From an uncultured delta proteobacterium (GTDB taxonomy: Bacteria; Desulfobacterota; Binatia; UBA9968), in assembly GCA_963728565.1 (NCBI GenBank), contig CAVSLC010000013.1, positions 96,001 to 160,000 of the forward strand: 64,000 nt of DNA. Reading direction: 5' to 3'. Position 1 is the stretch's first letter; each line of letters starts with the position of its first letter. Below, one piece after another: positions 1 through 9,586 of the stretch. The position numbers and the translations under genes are program-made. Below the pieces are notes generated by a model. The model had not been told where the DNA came from. It saw only the letters and a program-made list of their open reading frames with translations, and made no database searches.

Positions 1-315
1 TGGAGCCGGGGCGACGTTAGGTTGCGCGCGGTTGGCGGACGAACTCGGCGCTGAATTCGTCGCTTCACTTACCGCTGTCTTGGAACCACTTTCAATGGAA
101 ATCAGGACCTGTCCAACCGAGACCTCCATCCCTTCTTTGACGTGAACTTTGGTAACCGTACCGCTGCTGGGAGAGGGTATCGAGCCGACCGCTTTCTGAG
201 TCTCCAACTCCATGAAAGCCTGATCCTTGTTGATCTCCTGGCCTTCGGAGACAAGAATGTTAACTACTGTTCCGGATTCCACACCCTCAGCGAGTTGCGG
301 GAGTTTAACGTCCAT
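1..315 (-). CDS. aceF: Dihydrolipoamide acetyltransferase E2, 5' part (lipoyl domain), runs off the window edge
   Basis: Manual minus-strand translation from ATG at 315: MDVKLPQLAEGVESGTVVNILVSEGQEINKDQAFMELETQKAVGSIPSP, a lipoyl-domain pattern followed by an Ala/Pro/Ser-rich linker; directly downstream of aceE. Confidence 0.9.
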   Translation of the reverse strand, partial: MDVKLPQLAEGVESGTVVNILVSEGQEINKDQAFMELETQKAVGSIPSPSSGTVTKVHVKEGMEVSVGQVLISIESGSKTAVSEATNSAPSSSANRAQPNVAPAP

Positions 316-338
316 ATCACTTTGTAGGCTGTTCGGGC

Positions 339-3059
339 TTATAGGTAAAACGGAAATGATTTTTCAGGATCTATTCCGAGTTTTTTTAAGGCGGACTCGA
401 CCGTCTGGGCCGGCAGTAAGCCCTTTTGGTAGAGAGCATAGAGGGTAGCCACAGTGGTAAGCTCAGCGTCGACTTCGAAAAATCGCCTCAAATTGGCCCT
501 GGTATCGCTGCGTCCGAAGCCATCGGTGCCGAGTGTCGTCAGCCCGCCCGGCACCCACGGCGCTATCTGATCGGGTACCATTTTCATGTAATCGGATACC
601 GCGATAAAAACACCCTCTTCGTTCTGTAGCAGGGACTCCAAATACGACTTCTTGGGCGTCGCGGTTGGATGAAGCATATTCCATCGCTTGGTGCGAAGCG
701 CGTCGCCTCGGAGTAGCTTGTAACTGGTAGCGCTCCACACGTCTGCTGAAACGTCAAATTGTTCCGCGAGCATTTCCTGAGCGCGCAAGGCTTCGCGAAG
801 TAGCGGTCCGCTGCCGAATAGATGCGCCTTGTGCGCCTTCCCTCTAGGAGCTGATTTGAAACGGTAGAGGCCCTTGATAATCCCGTCTTCTATCCCCTCA
901 GGCATCCCGGGCATTGGATAACTCTCATTGTAAAGGGTCAGATAGTAAAAGTATTCTTCGCCGTCGGCATACATCCGTTTCAAGCCGTCGCGAATGATCA
1001 CCGCTATTTCGTAAGCAAACGCCGCATCATAGGTGAGAAGTGTCGGCACAGTGCTGGCCAAGAGATGGCTGTGACCGTCTTGATGTTGCAGGCCCTCGCC
1101 GTTTAGTGTGGTGCGGCCCGCGGTGGCGCCTAACAGAAACCCTTTGCTTTTACTGTCGGCCGCTGCCCAAATCAAATCTCCGATCCGTTGGAACCCGAAC
1201 ATCGAGTAATAGAAATAGAAGGGGATCATGTTGGTCCCAAGATTGGCGTACGAAGTTCCGGCGGCAATAAACGAGGACATAGCGCCCGCTTCGGTAATGC
1301 CTTCTTCAAGGATCTGCCCCTCTTTCGCTTCGTTATAATAGAGCAGAGTTTCCCGATCGACCGGTTCGTAGAGTTGACCCTTCGATGAATAGATCCCGAT
1401 CTGGCGAAACAGAGAGTCCATGCCGAAGGTTCTAGCTTCATCCGGAATGATCGGCACAATCCGCTTGCCAATCTCTTGATCGCGCAGGAGTTTTGTCAGA
1501 ATCCTAACCGTCGCCATTGTTGTCGACATTGCGTGTTCTGCTGAACCCTTGAGGAATTCTCCGTACTCGCCCGCATCCGGCACTTTAAGTGCTGTGGCGC
1601 TGACTTTTCGTTCCGGGACAAAGCCGCGCAATTGTTTTCTTCGTTCCAGTAGGTATTGGGTTTCAGGACTATCCAGCGGTGGACGGTAAAAAGGCGTTTC
1701 GACAACTTCCTCATCCGGCAGCGGAATGTCGAAACGTGTGCGAAACTCGCGCAGCTCGCGTTCATTGAGCTTCTTCTGCTGATGAGTAATGTTGCGACCT
1801 TCTCCTGCCTCCCCCAAGCCGTAGCCCTTGACAGTTTTGGCCAAGATGACGGTCGGCGCGCCTTTGTGTTCGACCGCGGCCTTATAGGCTGCATAAACCT
1901 TTGCCGGATCATGACCGCCCCGCAGCAATTTGCGTATTTGATCGTCGGTGAGGTGGTTTACTCTCTCCAGAAGCTCGGGATACTTGCCGAAGAAGTGTTT
2001 GCGAGTATAGCTGCCCGGCTCTACCGAATATTTCTGATAATCTCCGTCTACCGCCTCCTCCATTCTTTTGAGCAGCAATCCATCGTTATCCGCTTCAAGC
2101 AGCGGGTCCCAATTTGACCCCCAAATGACTTTGATCACGTTCCAGCCCGCGCCCCGAAAAAGCGATTCTAGCTCTTGAATGATTTTCCCGTTGCCGCGCA
2201 CAGGACCGTCCAGCCTTTGCAGATTGCAATTCACAACCCAGATTAGGTTATCTAGATTTTCGCGAGACGCCACTGTGAGTGCTCCAGAGGCTTCGGGCTC
2301 GTCCATCTCACCGTCGCCCGGGAAACACCAAACTCGCGGCTCTTCGCCCCTCAATAAGCCCCGGCTTTTTAAATACCGATTAAAGCGCGCCTGATAAATT
2401 GACATGATCGGCGCGAGCCCCATCGATACTGATGGAAATTGCCAGAAACTGGGCATTAGATACGGATGAGGATAGGATGAAACACCCCCGACGTTTGATA
2501 GCTCTTGTCTGAAGTGATGAAGCTTGGGCGCGTTGATTCTCCACTCCACATAAGCGCGCGAATACGATCCGGGAGAAGCATGGCCTTGGAAATAGATCAT
2601 ATCCGCATTGTTCTCGCCGTCGCTTCCTCTGAAGAAATGGTTTAGCCCAACCTCATAGAGAGTTGCCGCAGACGCATAAGTCGAAATGTGGCCGCCGATG
2701 TCGGCGTGAAGTCGATTGGCTTTAACCACCATCGCCATGGCGTTCCAACGCACGTAGCTCTTGATCCGCCTTTCGATCTCGCGATTGCCCGGATACTTCG
2801 GCTCTTTCTCTGCCCGGATGGTGTTGAGATAGGGTGTGCTGATCCTGTCGGGAACTTTGAGTCCTGATTCGCGTAAACGATCCGCAAGCTCGTCCAGAAG
2901 GTGACCGGCTTGTTCCGATTCTTCATTCTTTAGAATATATTCGAGTATGTACTCCAGAGAAGCAACCCACTTGTTTCGATCGCTCCTGAGTCCTTTGCCG
3001 TTGCCGCGGGTGGTTTCAGGGTTGGGAGTGTGAGCCGCGTCTTTTTCTTCTCGCTCCAT
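339..3059 (-). CDS. aceE: Pyruvate dehydrogenase E1 component, homodimeric type
   Basis: 906 aa; GGHISTY, YFQGHASPG, TPP motif GDGEMDE...NCN, EEGITEAG, EGLQHQDGH, GTDGFGRSD. Confidence 0.97.
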   Translation of the reverse strand: MEREEKDAAHTPNPETTRGNGKGLRSDRNKWVASLEYILEYILKNEESEQAGHLLDELADRLRESGLKVPDRISTPYLNTIRAEKEPKYPGNREIERRIKSYVRWNAMAMVVKANRLHADIGGHISTYASAATLYEVGLNHFFRGSDGENNADMIYFQGHASPGSYSRAYVEWRINAPKLHHFRQELSNVGGVSSYPHPYLMPSFWQFPSVSMGLAPIMSIYQARFNRYLKSRGLLRGEEPRVWCFPGDGEMDEPEASGALTVASRENLDNLIWVVNCNLQRLDGPVRGNGKIIQELESLFRGAGWNVIKVIWGSNWDPLLEADNDGLLLKRMEEAVDGDYQKYSVEPGSYTRKHFFGKYPELLERVNHLTDDQIRKLLRGGHDPAKVYAAYKAAVEHKGAPTVILAKTVKGYGLGEAGEGRNITHQQKKLNERELREFRTRFDIPLPDEEVVETPFYRPPLDSPETQYLLERRKQLRGFVPERKVSATALKVPDAGEYGEFLKGSAEHAMSTTMATVRILTKLLRDQEIGKRIVPIIPDEARTFGMDSLFRQIGIYSSKGQLYEPVDRETLLYYNEAKEGQILEEGITEAGAMSSFIAAGTSYANLGTNMIPFYFYYSMFGFQRIGDLIWAAADSKSKGFLLGATAGRTTLNGEGLQHQDGHSHLLASTVPTLLTYDAAFAYEIAVIIRDGLKRMYADGEEYFYYLTLYNESYPMPGMPEGIEDGIIKGLYRFKSAPRGKAHKAHLFGSGPLLREALRAQEMLAEQFDVSADVWSATSYKLLRGDALRTKRWNMLHPTATPKKSYLESLLQNEEGVFIAVSDYMKMVPDQIAPWVPGGLTTLGTDGFGRSDTRANLRRFFEVDAELTTVATLYALYQKGLLPAQTVESALKKLGIDPEKSFPFYL

Positions 3060-3115
3060 GGAAGTCTCCTAGCGGTTTAGCAGACAACAAAAAGTCACCG
3101 AAATCAACTAACCCG

Positions 3116-3835
3116 ATGCAATATATCGAACTTACTCTGCCTGATCCAGCAAGCAATCTCGCCTGCGACGAGGCGTTGGTTGAACTATTCGAAGCTCGAC
3201 GCGCACCGGATGGTCTCCTAAGAATCTGGGAACCGGAAAGTCATTTCGTTGTGTTGGGTCATTCGAATCGGATCGATTCCGAGGTGGATCTCGCAGCCTG
3301 TGAGTCCGAGCGACTTTCGATTTTTCGCCGGTTGAGCGGCGGCGGAACTATTATGCAGGGACCTGGCTGTCTGAACTATAGTTTGATCTTACGAAATGGC
3401 GTCGACATTCCTCTAGGCATCGCAGAATCGTTCCAGGTGGTGTTGGAGCATCATAAGCAATGCATTGAAGAAATGATAGGGGATTGTGTGGACATTGCCG
3501 GTGTAAGCGATCTTGTTATCGATGGTCGGAAATTTTCCGGCAACGCGCAATACCGCAAGCGCCGGTTTACTCTAGTGCACGGGACTTTTTTACTCAATCT
3601 AGATCCGGCAATCGTTGCTCGCTGTTTGCGGCTACCCTCGAAACAGCCGGTCTATCGTCAGAAGCGATCGCATGACTCTTTCATGCGCAATCTTCATCTA
3701 GATCCCAAAAACGTGCGTCAAGCACTGAAAGCGGTATGGTCTGCAAGCGATCAATTCAGCGAGGTTCCGACCGCCATGATCGCCGATCTTAAGAAGAGCC
3801 GCTATGGACGGCCAGATTGGACACGCAAATTCTGA
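3116..3835 (+). CDS. Lipoate-protein ligase A family protein (catalytic domain only)
   Basis: RRLSGGGT, RKFSGNAQ, LVHGT motifs; divergent from the PDH genes. Confidence 0.88.
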   Translation: MQYIELTLPDPASNLACDEALVELFEARRAPDGLLRIWEPESHFVVLGHSNRIDSEVDLAACESERLSIFRRLSGGGTIMQGPGCLNYSLILRNGVDIPLGIAESFQVVLEHHKQCIEEMIGDCVDIAGVSDLVIDGRKFSGNAQYRKRRFTLVHGTFLLNLDPAIVARCLRLPSKQPVYRQKRSHDSFMRNLHLDPKNVRQALKAVWSASDQFSEVPTAMIADLKKSRYGRPDWTRKF

Positions 3836-3904
3836 AGGATCGATTACAAGAAGACGTCAGAATATTGGGCACCGACGCTCCCGTTAAAGAGACGTGATAA
3901 AAAG

Positions 3905-3981
3905 TGGTGGCGGTGGGCGGAGTCGAACCGCCGACGCCGCGGATATGAGCCGCGTGCTCTGACCAACTGAGCTACACCGCC
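3905..3981 (-). tRNA. tRNA-Met(CAT), elongator type
   Basis: Reverse complement GGCGGTGTAGCTCAGTTGGTCAGAGCACGCGGCTCATATCCGCGGCGTCGGCGGTTCGACTCCGCCCACCGCCACCA; cloverleaf, paired G1-C72, encoded CCA. Ile2 identity not formally excluded. Confidence 0.95.
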
Positions 3982-4016
3982 GTGGAATTCTAAATTAAGC
4001 TGGGATGGCGAAAAGA

Positions 4017-4766
4017 TCAAGGAGCATGGAGCTTGGGCCTTTTGTTCCAGTTGTCGTGGACCAAGATCTTCTGAATAGTTTTCGTTCCTCGCTTGATTTG
4101 AAAGAGGACTTTCTCTTCGATCGCAAAACAGCTCAGCTTATTCCCGTAAACAAGCCCGGTATCCAATCCGATTTTGTACGGAAGATCGAACAGCGCTTCT
4201 TTTTGCGGAGTGTGGCCGAAGACAACGGTGAAAGGAAGTTTGTGCGGATTGCGAATAAACTCGCCCCGAATCCAATACATCTCCGCGGCGCTTTGTTCTT
4301 CTAACGTTTTAAGCGGCTGAATTCCAGCGTGAACGCATAGATACGGTTTTACCAGATAGAAGGTCTCAAGATTCTGATAAAATCTTAAATGTGCTGGTGG
4401 AAGTTGTTCGGCAACTTCAATGCCGCCGAAGGTACGTGCGGGGATGCCATAACTGGCGAGAGTAGCAAGGCCGCCATTACTTAAAAAGACATCTCCATGG
4501 TTCCCTGACAAGCCGAGGTAATCCAAAAACATGTCTTCATGGTTCCCCTTCAGAAAAACTGCTTCTACGTTCGCTTGCTTCGGAAGTTCCAAGAGGTAAG
4601 AAACTACACCCATGGAATCAGGACCACGGTCAATATAATCGCCCAGGAAAATCAGGCGGTCGCCGTGTTCAATAGGCAACTGTTCGATGAGATAGCGGAG
4701 TTCGGCTAGACAGCCGTGTATGTCTCCAACCACATAAGAAGTCATTACCCGCTCATCGTAGGTCAC
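4017..4766 (-). CDS. Metallophosphoesterase, PPP-type Ser/Thr protein phosphatase family
   Basis: GDIHG, GDYIDRG, GNHE, VHAG, FGHTP, LDTG motifs. Confidence 0.92.
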   Translation of the reverse strand: MTYDERVMTSYVVGDIHGCLAELRYLIEQLPIEHGDRLIFLGDYIDRGPDSMGVVSYLLELPKQANVEAVFLKGNHEDMFLDYLGLSGNHGDVFLSNGGLATLASYGIPARTFGGIEVAEQLPPAHLRFYQNLETFYLVKPYLCVHAGIQPLKTLEEQSAAEMYWIRGEFIRNPHKLPFTVVFGHTPQKEALFDLPYKIGLDTGLVYGNKLSCFAIEEKVLFQIKRGTKTIQKILVHDNWNKRPKLHAP

Positions 4767-4844
4767 TGCGACTGATACTTCAAACTGCGCATACGTGATC
4801 TATTAAAAATTGACGCAAATCATCGCATTTGATAGAAGAATGCA

Positions 4845-5219
4845 ATGAAGATCCGTGACGTTTACTCGAGCTATCCGCTTATGTTGGGAATTTTGTGTCT
4901 ATTTCTCGGCGCTGGAAATTGGATTGTTGGCATTTCTGAGAGTGCGAAATATCAAGCGCTATTACACAAAACCGCACAGACGGGCCTAGAAGAATCTTAC
5001 CGCAGCTTCCAGGAACTGGATCAACAGAAGAATGAAGAGGTTCTGCTGCGAATCAATAAAGACAGGGAGAGGTATAACGCCGCGCGTGTCAAATTAGACT
5101 TTTACCACGTCGTTCTGATTGGCGGGCGCTGGCTACTACTGATTGGGGCTGGGGTAACTGTGGCATCGATCATACGCCTGATACGCCGGGATGCTCCCGT
5201 GAGTATCTCGGCCACTTAA
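4845..5219 (+). CDS. Hypothetical membrane protein (two TM helices around a helical loop)
   Basis: 124 aa ORF filling the gap between neighbours; hydrophobic N- and C-terminal segments. Confidence 0.75.
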   Translation: MKIRDVYSSYPLMLGILCLFLGAGNWIVGISESAKYQALLHKTAQTGLEESYRSFQELDQQKNEEVLLRINKDRERYNAARVKLDFYHVVLIGGRWLLLIGAGVTVASIIRLIRRDAPVSISAT

Positions 5220-5231
5220 TGCCTGCGCTCG

Positions 5232-6254
5232 TTATTTGGACGGCTTCGATTTCTGATATTTACGGTAATCGTATCCGGTGGCCATGGCGAGTAGGATATC
5301 TTCCATTCCACCGGTTTTCTCGCGTCTCAGAATAAGCAATCGTTCATAGAACTCTTTGAAGTCTTTATACACCCGTTGATTTTCGTCTACTTTACGCAGA
5401 AAAAAGTCCTTAATACGAGTAACCGTGAACCTCAATGCTGAGAAGCGTAGTTCATTAGGAAACGAATCCCACTCTGGAAGAGACAACGGCCGCAAACTCT
5501 CGTAACCAGAAATCAGCGCCTCAAAGCGATCGATACGATACCTGCCATCGACAAAGCACAGCGCGTTAACGGCGGTAGCTAGATCGTAAATGAGCTTTCC
5601 ACGGCAGGCTGCCTCAAAGTCCAGGACTCCAACCAAGCGGGTACCCTTGAATTTAACGTTGTCAGGAAAGAGATCTCCATGGATTATGCCTTTCGGCAAA
5701 TTGTTGTCTAAATAGTTCTCGAGATAGGAAAATTCATCGTCTAAAACCCTTATAATATGCTTCAGATGAGGTGGGAGCTGCCGCCGCGCCTCTCGATAAG
5801 TCATGACGATCCGGTTGAAACCAAAGCGATTATCTATCCCTTTTTTGTATCCCCGGCCGATAAGATGGAGATTGGCTAAAGCGTTGCCCAACGCGGTCAG
5901 ATGCGTCGCAGTTAGCGATTCGACCCCAAGGTCGGCCCCTTCCAGGTAACGGCTGATGGTCAGGATCTTGCCATTAAATTCTACATAATGACGGCCGGTT
6001 TTACTCTTGATCGGCTGCAAACAAGGAAAGCCCTGCTTTTTCAGATAGAAAAGCAAATCAAGCTCCTGCTTGACTTCTAATTCTCCCTTAATTTCGTCTA
6101 TTTTGGCGAAAAAGCGTCCACGCTTGGTCTCAAGAAGATAGTGCGTGTTTACAGAGCCGTTTTTGATCCCGGTAATACTGACAAGTTCGCCGAGAGCAAA
6201 CTCATCGGCGAGTTTGATAGCGTCTTTTTTCGCCAGTGTCGTGTAGATAGCCAT
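5232..6254 (-). CDS. thrB: Homoserine kinase, type II (APH/kinase fold)
   Basis: N-terminal MAIYT, GSVNTHY, IHGDLFPDN, LDFE, YDLA, ALRF motifs typical of Pseudomonas-type ThrB. Confidence 0.85.
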   Translation of the reverse strand: MAIYTTLAKKDAIKLADEFALGELVSITGIKNGSVNTHYLLETKRGRFFAKIDEIKGELEVKQELDLLFYLKKQGFPCLQPIKSKTGRHYVEFNGKILTISRYLEGADLGVESLTATHLTALGNALANLHLIGRGYKKGIDNRFGFNRIVMTYREARRQLPPHLKHIIRVLDDEFSYLENYLDNNLPKGIIHGDLFPDNVKFKGTRLVGVLDFEAACRGKLIYDLATAVNALCFVDGRYRIDRFEALISGYESLRPLSLPEWDSFPNELRFSALRFTVTRIKDFFLRKVDENQRVYKDFKEFYERLLILRREKTGGMEDILLAMATGYDYRKYQKSKPSK

Positions 6255-6320
6255 CTCTTAAGTTACTGACTGATTTCAGTTTTTTAACGAAAGATTCTCA
6301 CCGGATCGCTAACCCCGCTA

Positions 6321-6349
6321 AATATAATGGAAAAAGATGCTTATGTCAA
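6321..6349 (-). promoter_or_regulatory. Sigma70-type promoter for thrB
   Basis: Minus strand TTGACA (6349-6344), 17 nt, TATATT (6326-6321). Confidence 0.65.
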
Positions 6350-6626
6350 TAACCAAGTCTGCTCAATCATGGTAAACAAGAGCGTACCGATGGATTGTAG
6401 ATAATATCAATATAGATAACCGGGCGGGATCTACAGTCGGAGAAACGAGGAAACCCAGCTCCGAGGAACTTTCTTTTCCGGAACTCTTTTTGGGCCAGAA
6501 GTTTCAGCGCAAATTGATTCAATTGCCGGACTTTGATGGGTAGGCAAGATCAAATCCTTGATCATCGGTTTGAACGTGAGCGTTAAGAAACGTGTTATTA
6601 CACAAGCACGTGGATAAACTTTTCTC

Positions 6627-6656
6627 TTGACAATTCTACATACGTTTTCTTAATGT
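6627..6656 (+). promoter_or_regulatory. Sigma70-type promoter for csp, implying a ~175 nt 5' UTR
   Basis: TTGACA at 6627-6632, 18 nt, TAATGT; GGAGG Shine-Dalgarno-like motif before ATG 6837. Confidence 0.55.
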
Positions 6657-6836
6657 CCCTGGCGGTGAGTTCGGTGGCTTGTCACTAGTGGGACACCCCA
6701 GCGGTATTGATGACAATTCGGGGTAGAGTGTTTGGAATTAGACTAGTTAATGTACGAGAACGGCTTTGATCGGGGCAGTACCGTAAGATTCAGTCCGCAT
6801 GCTGTAGCCCGGTAACATCGACAGGAGGTTTAGGGA

Positions 6837-7037
6837 ATGGCAACTGGAAAGGTAAAGTGGTTCAATAATTCCAAGGGTTATGGTTTCATTGAAAAAGAGG
6901 GAGGCGGCGATGTGTTTGTTCACTACACCGCCATTCAAGGCGATGGATTCAAGACTCTTAATGAAGGCCAGCTGGTCGAATTTGAACTATCCCAAGGAGA
7001 TAAAGGCCCCCAAGCGATCAACGTCACAAAAGTTTGA
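6837..7037 (+). CDS. csp: Cold-shock protein (CspA family)
   Basis: 66 aa; GKVKWFN, RNP1 KGYGFI, RNP2 DVFVHY, KGPQA. Confidence 0.97.
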   Translation: MATGKVKWFNNSKGYGFIEKEGGGDVFVHYTAIQGDGFKTLNEGQLVEFELSQGDKGPQAINVTKV

Positions 7038-7177
7038 ATAGAAACAAGGAACTGCCTCCCGGGAGCAAGAAAACTCGCGTACCCCGCGATTCTTAATAAA
7101 CCGTTTGCACGGGTTACCTTGTAGTTCAGTCGCTTGTTTAGTCGCGGGAGAGAAATGGAAGAGAGGAATACTAGATC

Positions 7178-7690
7178 ATGCAAGTGGATAGGCTGAACAC
7201 GGTCAACGACTCCAATTTTGGGCAGGACCGACTCCTGAATGAGACAGTAGTTCTGACGCGTTTAGACAAGGCGATTGGTTGGGCACGTAAATATTCCTTG
7301 TTTCCGTATCCGTTTGCGACAGCCTGCTGTGCGATGGAGTATATGTCGTTATCGATGTCGCCCTACGATATCGACCGTTTCGGCGCGCTTCTGCCCCGCT
7401 TCAGCCCACGTCAGGCAGATCTGTTGATGGTGATTGGCACTGTCAATCATAAGTTGTCGCCAGTTTTAAAGCGTGTCTATGAACAAATGTCCGAACCTAA
7501 ATGGGTTATGGCATTTGGTGCATGCGCGGCCAGCGGCGGTTTCTATGATAATTATGCCACTGTCCAAGGAATTGATCGCATCATTCCAGTCGACGTTTAT
7601 GTCCCGGGTTGCCCGCCACGGCCTGAAGCAGTACTTGATGGCCTGATGGAGTTGCAAAAGCGGATTGCAAATGCAAAGCAGCCCGTATGA
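7178..7690 (+). CDS. nuoB: NADH-quinone oxidoreductase subunit B (stand-alone)
   Basis: ACCAME, RFSPRQAD, GACAASGG, PVDVYVPGCPPRPE; all four N2 [4Fe-4S] cysteines present. Confidence 0.93.
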   Translation: MQVDRLNTVNDSNFGQDRLLNETVVLTRLDKAIGWARKYSLFPYPFATACCAMEYMSLSMSPYDIDRFGALLPRFSPRQADLLMVIGTVNHKLSPVLKRVYEQMSEPKWVMAFGACAASGGFYDNYATVQGIDRIIPVDVYVPGCPPRPEAVLDGLMELQKRIANAKQPV

Positions 7691-7995
7691 GCGATGAGGT
7701 GACAGGCATCCTTGCGCAAAACGATGATCTGTTTCACCACGGCGTAATTACTAAATTATTTCCCTCTAATAACACCGGTATTGTGCGAATCGAGAGCGGC
7801 CGTGAAGTCTTCTTTTCGTACGAATTCGTGGTTCTTACCGGCGAAGTCAAATCGCCACTGCATCTAAAGGTCGGACAGCCGGTGGGTTACGACCTGGGGT
7901 GGACTCCTAGCGGACTTCGAGTCACTAAAATAAAGACATATCCGACGAGCAGCGTCGTCCAGGCGACCGACACTTCAAATAGGCAGGGAAGTTAA
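7687..7995 (+). CDS. Hypothetical protein with a degenerate cold-shock/OB-fold pattern
   Basis: ATGA overlap with the nuoB stop; GVITKLF..NTGIV..SGREVFFSY..LKVGQPVGYDL aligns by eye with the CSD. Confidence 0.7.
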   Translation: MSDEVTGILAQNDDLFHHGVITKLFPSNNTGIVRIESGREVFFSYEFVVLTGEVKSPLHLKVGQPVGYDLGWTPSGLRVTKIKTYPTSSVVQATDTSNRQGS

Positions 7996-8805
7996 CGCCA
8001 ATATTTGCCTACTCAAGATCTCTCCCACAAATACACCCAACAGCGCGATATAGAACAAACCTGTTGCCGCCATTGTGTGCGGAATCAGCAAGGTCCGCCA
8101 AATCATCCAAGAGAGAACCAATGGTCCCAGGTATCCGATCACGATTCGAGTGATCAACAGGGTCGAGTGATCGGTCCATAGTCTTTCAACTTCCGCAATA
8201 CTGTGGTCGGTGCCGAGAAACTGGAGCGACAAAAAAGCAACTAACGAGAAGCCACTCTGGACCGCAAGAGAAATGACAAAGAATTTAAAGATCCGAAGAA
8301 ATGGGTCAAGTGTCTGGCCGGTATCGATCAAGTACCAGTGTCCAATAAGCATTCCAACCGTGACGCTGCCAAGTAGAAGCGCGGACAGAAAGAAGGATAG
8401 CGGGTAAACCAGAGTTTCGATCGAGCCAATTGGTGCCTCGTAAAAGCTATGAGCGCTCAAAAAAAGCCCGGCAAGGCCTGCAAGAATACAAGCTGCGAAC
8501 GTTTTGGCTCTAAAGGCTTGTCTCTCGCCCCAAAGCGAGACGATATAGCAGGCGAAAAAAGCGATGAAGAGAAAATGCGCAAGCGCCTCAGCGGCCACGA
8601 TTCGGCTAAAACTGTCCAATATACTCCGCAAATAGAGGTTAGCTTTTCCCCAAAAGCCGAGGACGGCAATTACAAACAGCACGCCACCGGTTGATTTGTA
8701 AAACGCCCGATCGAGTTCGTGGAATGGGGTGAATGCCAATCCAAAGAGGCCGCCCAGAGCAATTTGATAGAAAAAAACTAGAAAGCTGCTGGAGAATCCT
8801 CGCAT
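7975..8805 (-). CDS. Multi-pass membrane protein of unknown function
   Basis: 276 aa, about 8 hydrophobic segments; GMLIGHWYL and HTMAATGLFY motifs; 3 nt downstream of the methyltransferase. Confidence 0.8.
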   Translation of the reverse strand: MRGFSSSFLVFFYQIALGGLFGLAFTPFHELDRAFYKSTGGVLFVIAVLGFWGKANLYLRSILDSFSRIVAAEALAHFLFIAFFACYIVSLWGERQAFRAKTFAACILAGLAGLFLSAHSFYEAPIGSIETLVYPLSFFLSALLLGSVTVGMLIGHWYLIDTGQTLDPFLRIFKFFVISLAVQSGFSLVAFLSLQFLGTDHSIAEVERLWTDHSTLLITRIVIGYLGPLVLSWMIWRTLLIPHTMAATGLFYIALLGVFVGEILSRQILALTSLPI

Positions 8806-8808
8806 GCT

Positions 8809-9531
8809 TTATTTTTGATTCGGTTTATTTGCGACATGAAGACATACCGCGCCAAATAGAAATCGTTGCAGTGTGACCCGCTCGAAGCCGCATTGTTCAA
8901 GTAGTTCCGAAACTTTCTCCGGGGGCACAAACTGGCGCACAGAGTCCGACAGATATCGATATGCGCGGCGATCCCTGGCGAGAAAGCCGCCGATTAAAGG
9001 CATGAAGCGATAGAAGTAGAACGCATACAGGGTCGCGAAAAGACCTTTCGATGGCGGAAACATATCCAAAGAAGCCATCCGTCCGCCAGGTTTTAAAACT
9101 CGGAAAGCCTGAACAAAGAAGAGCCGCAGATCAGAAACATTACGTAATACGAATCCAGTCATAACGCCATCGAAAACATGGTCTCGAAATGGCGGCATGA
9201 GTGCGTTTGCCTGAAGAAACTCTGTTCTGCTGAACTTTCGGCTCTGCTGCTTGACTCTCGCCAGCTGTATCATTTTGAAGGAAAAATCCAACCCAACGAC
9301 TTTGCCCTGGACGCGGAGGGATTTGCCTGCGGCAAATGTTAGGTCCCCGGTACCGGTGCCGAGATCGAGGATTTTTTCATTACCGCTTTTAACAACCGCC
9401 GATACGGCTTTTTTTCTCCACCAGGCATCCAATCGGAAACTGATAACCCGATTGAGTAGATCATACCGATCGGCAATGCGATCGAACATGCGCTGCACAT
9501 TGTCATTGCCCGGATTGTCGACGGATCCCAT
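8809..9531 (-). CDS. ubiE: Demethylmenaquinone/ubiquinone methyltransferase (UbiE/MenG)
   Basis: MFDRIADRYDLLN, LDLGTGTGD, FVLRNV, AYRYLSDSV motifs. Confidence 0.9.
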   Translation of the reverse strand: MGSVDNPGNDNVQRMFDRIADRYDLLNRVISFRLDAWWRKKAVSAVVKSGNEKILDLGTGTGDLTFAAGKSLRVQGKVVGLDFSFKMIQLARVKQQSRKFSRTEFLQANALMPPFRDHVFDGVMTGFVLRNVSDLRLFFVQAFRVLKPGGRMASLDMFPPSKGLFATLYAFYFYRFMPLIGGFLARDRRAYRYLSDSVRQFVPPEKVSELLEQCGFERVTLQRFLFGAVCLHVANKPNQK

Positions 9532-9586
9532 CTATTGACGCTCAGCGATATTATTCTGATTCCAAACGTAAGTGCGGCCGCGTCGG

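Noticed and set aside
6396-6617. DnaA-box-like 9-mers (TGTAGATAA, CGTGGATAA) suggesting oriC
   Set aside because: Only two or three imperfect matches, no dnaA/dnaN/gidA context; divergent promoters explain the AT richness
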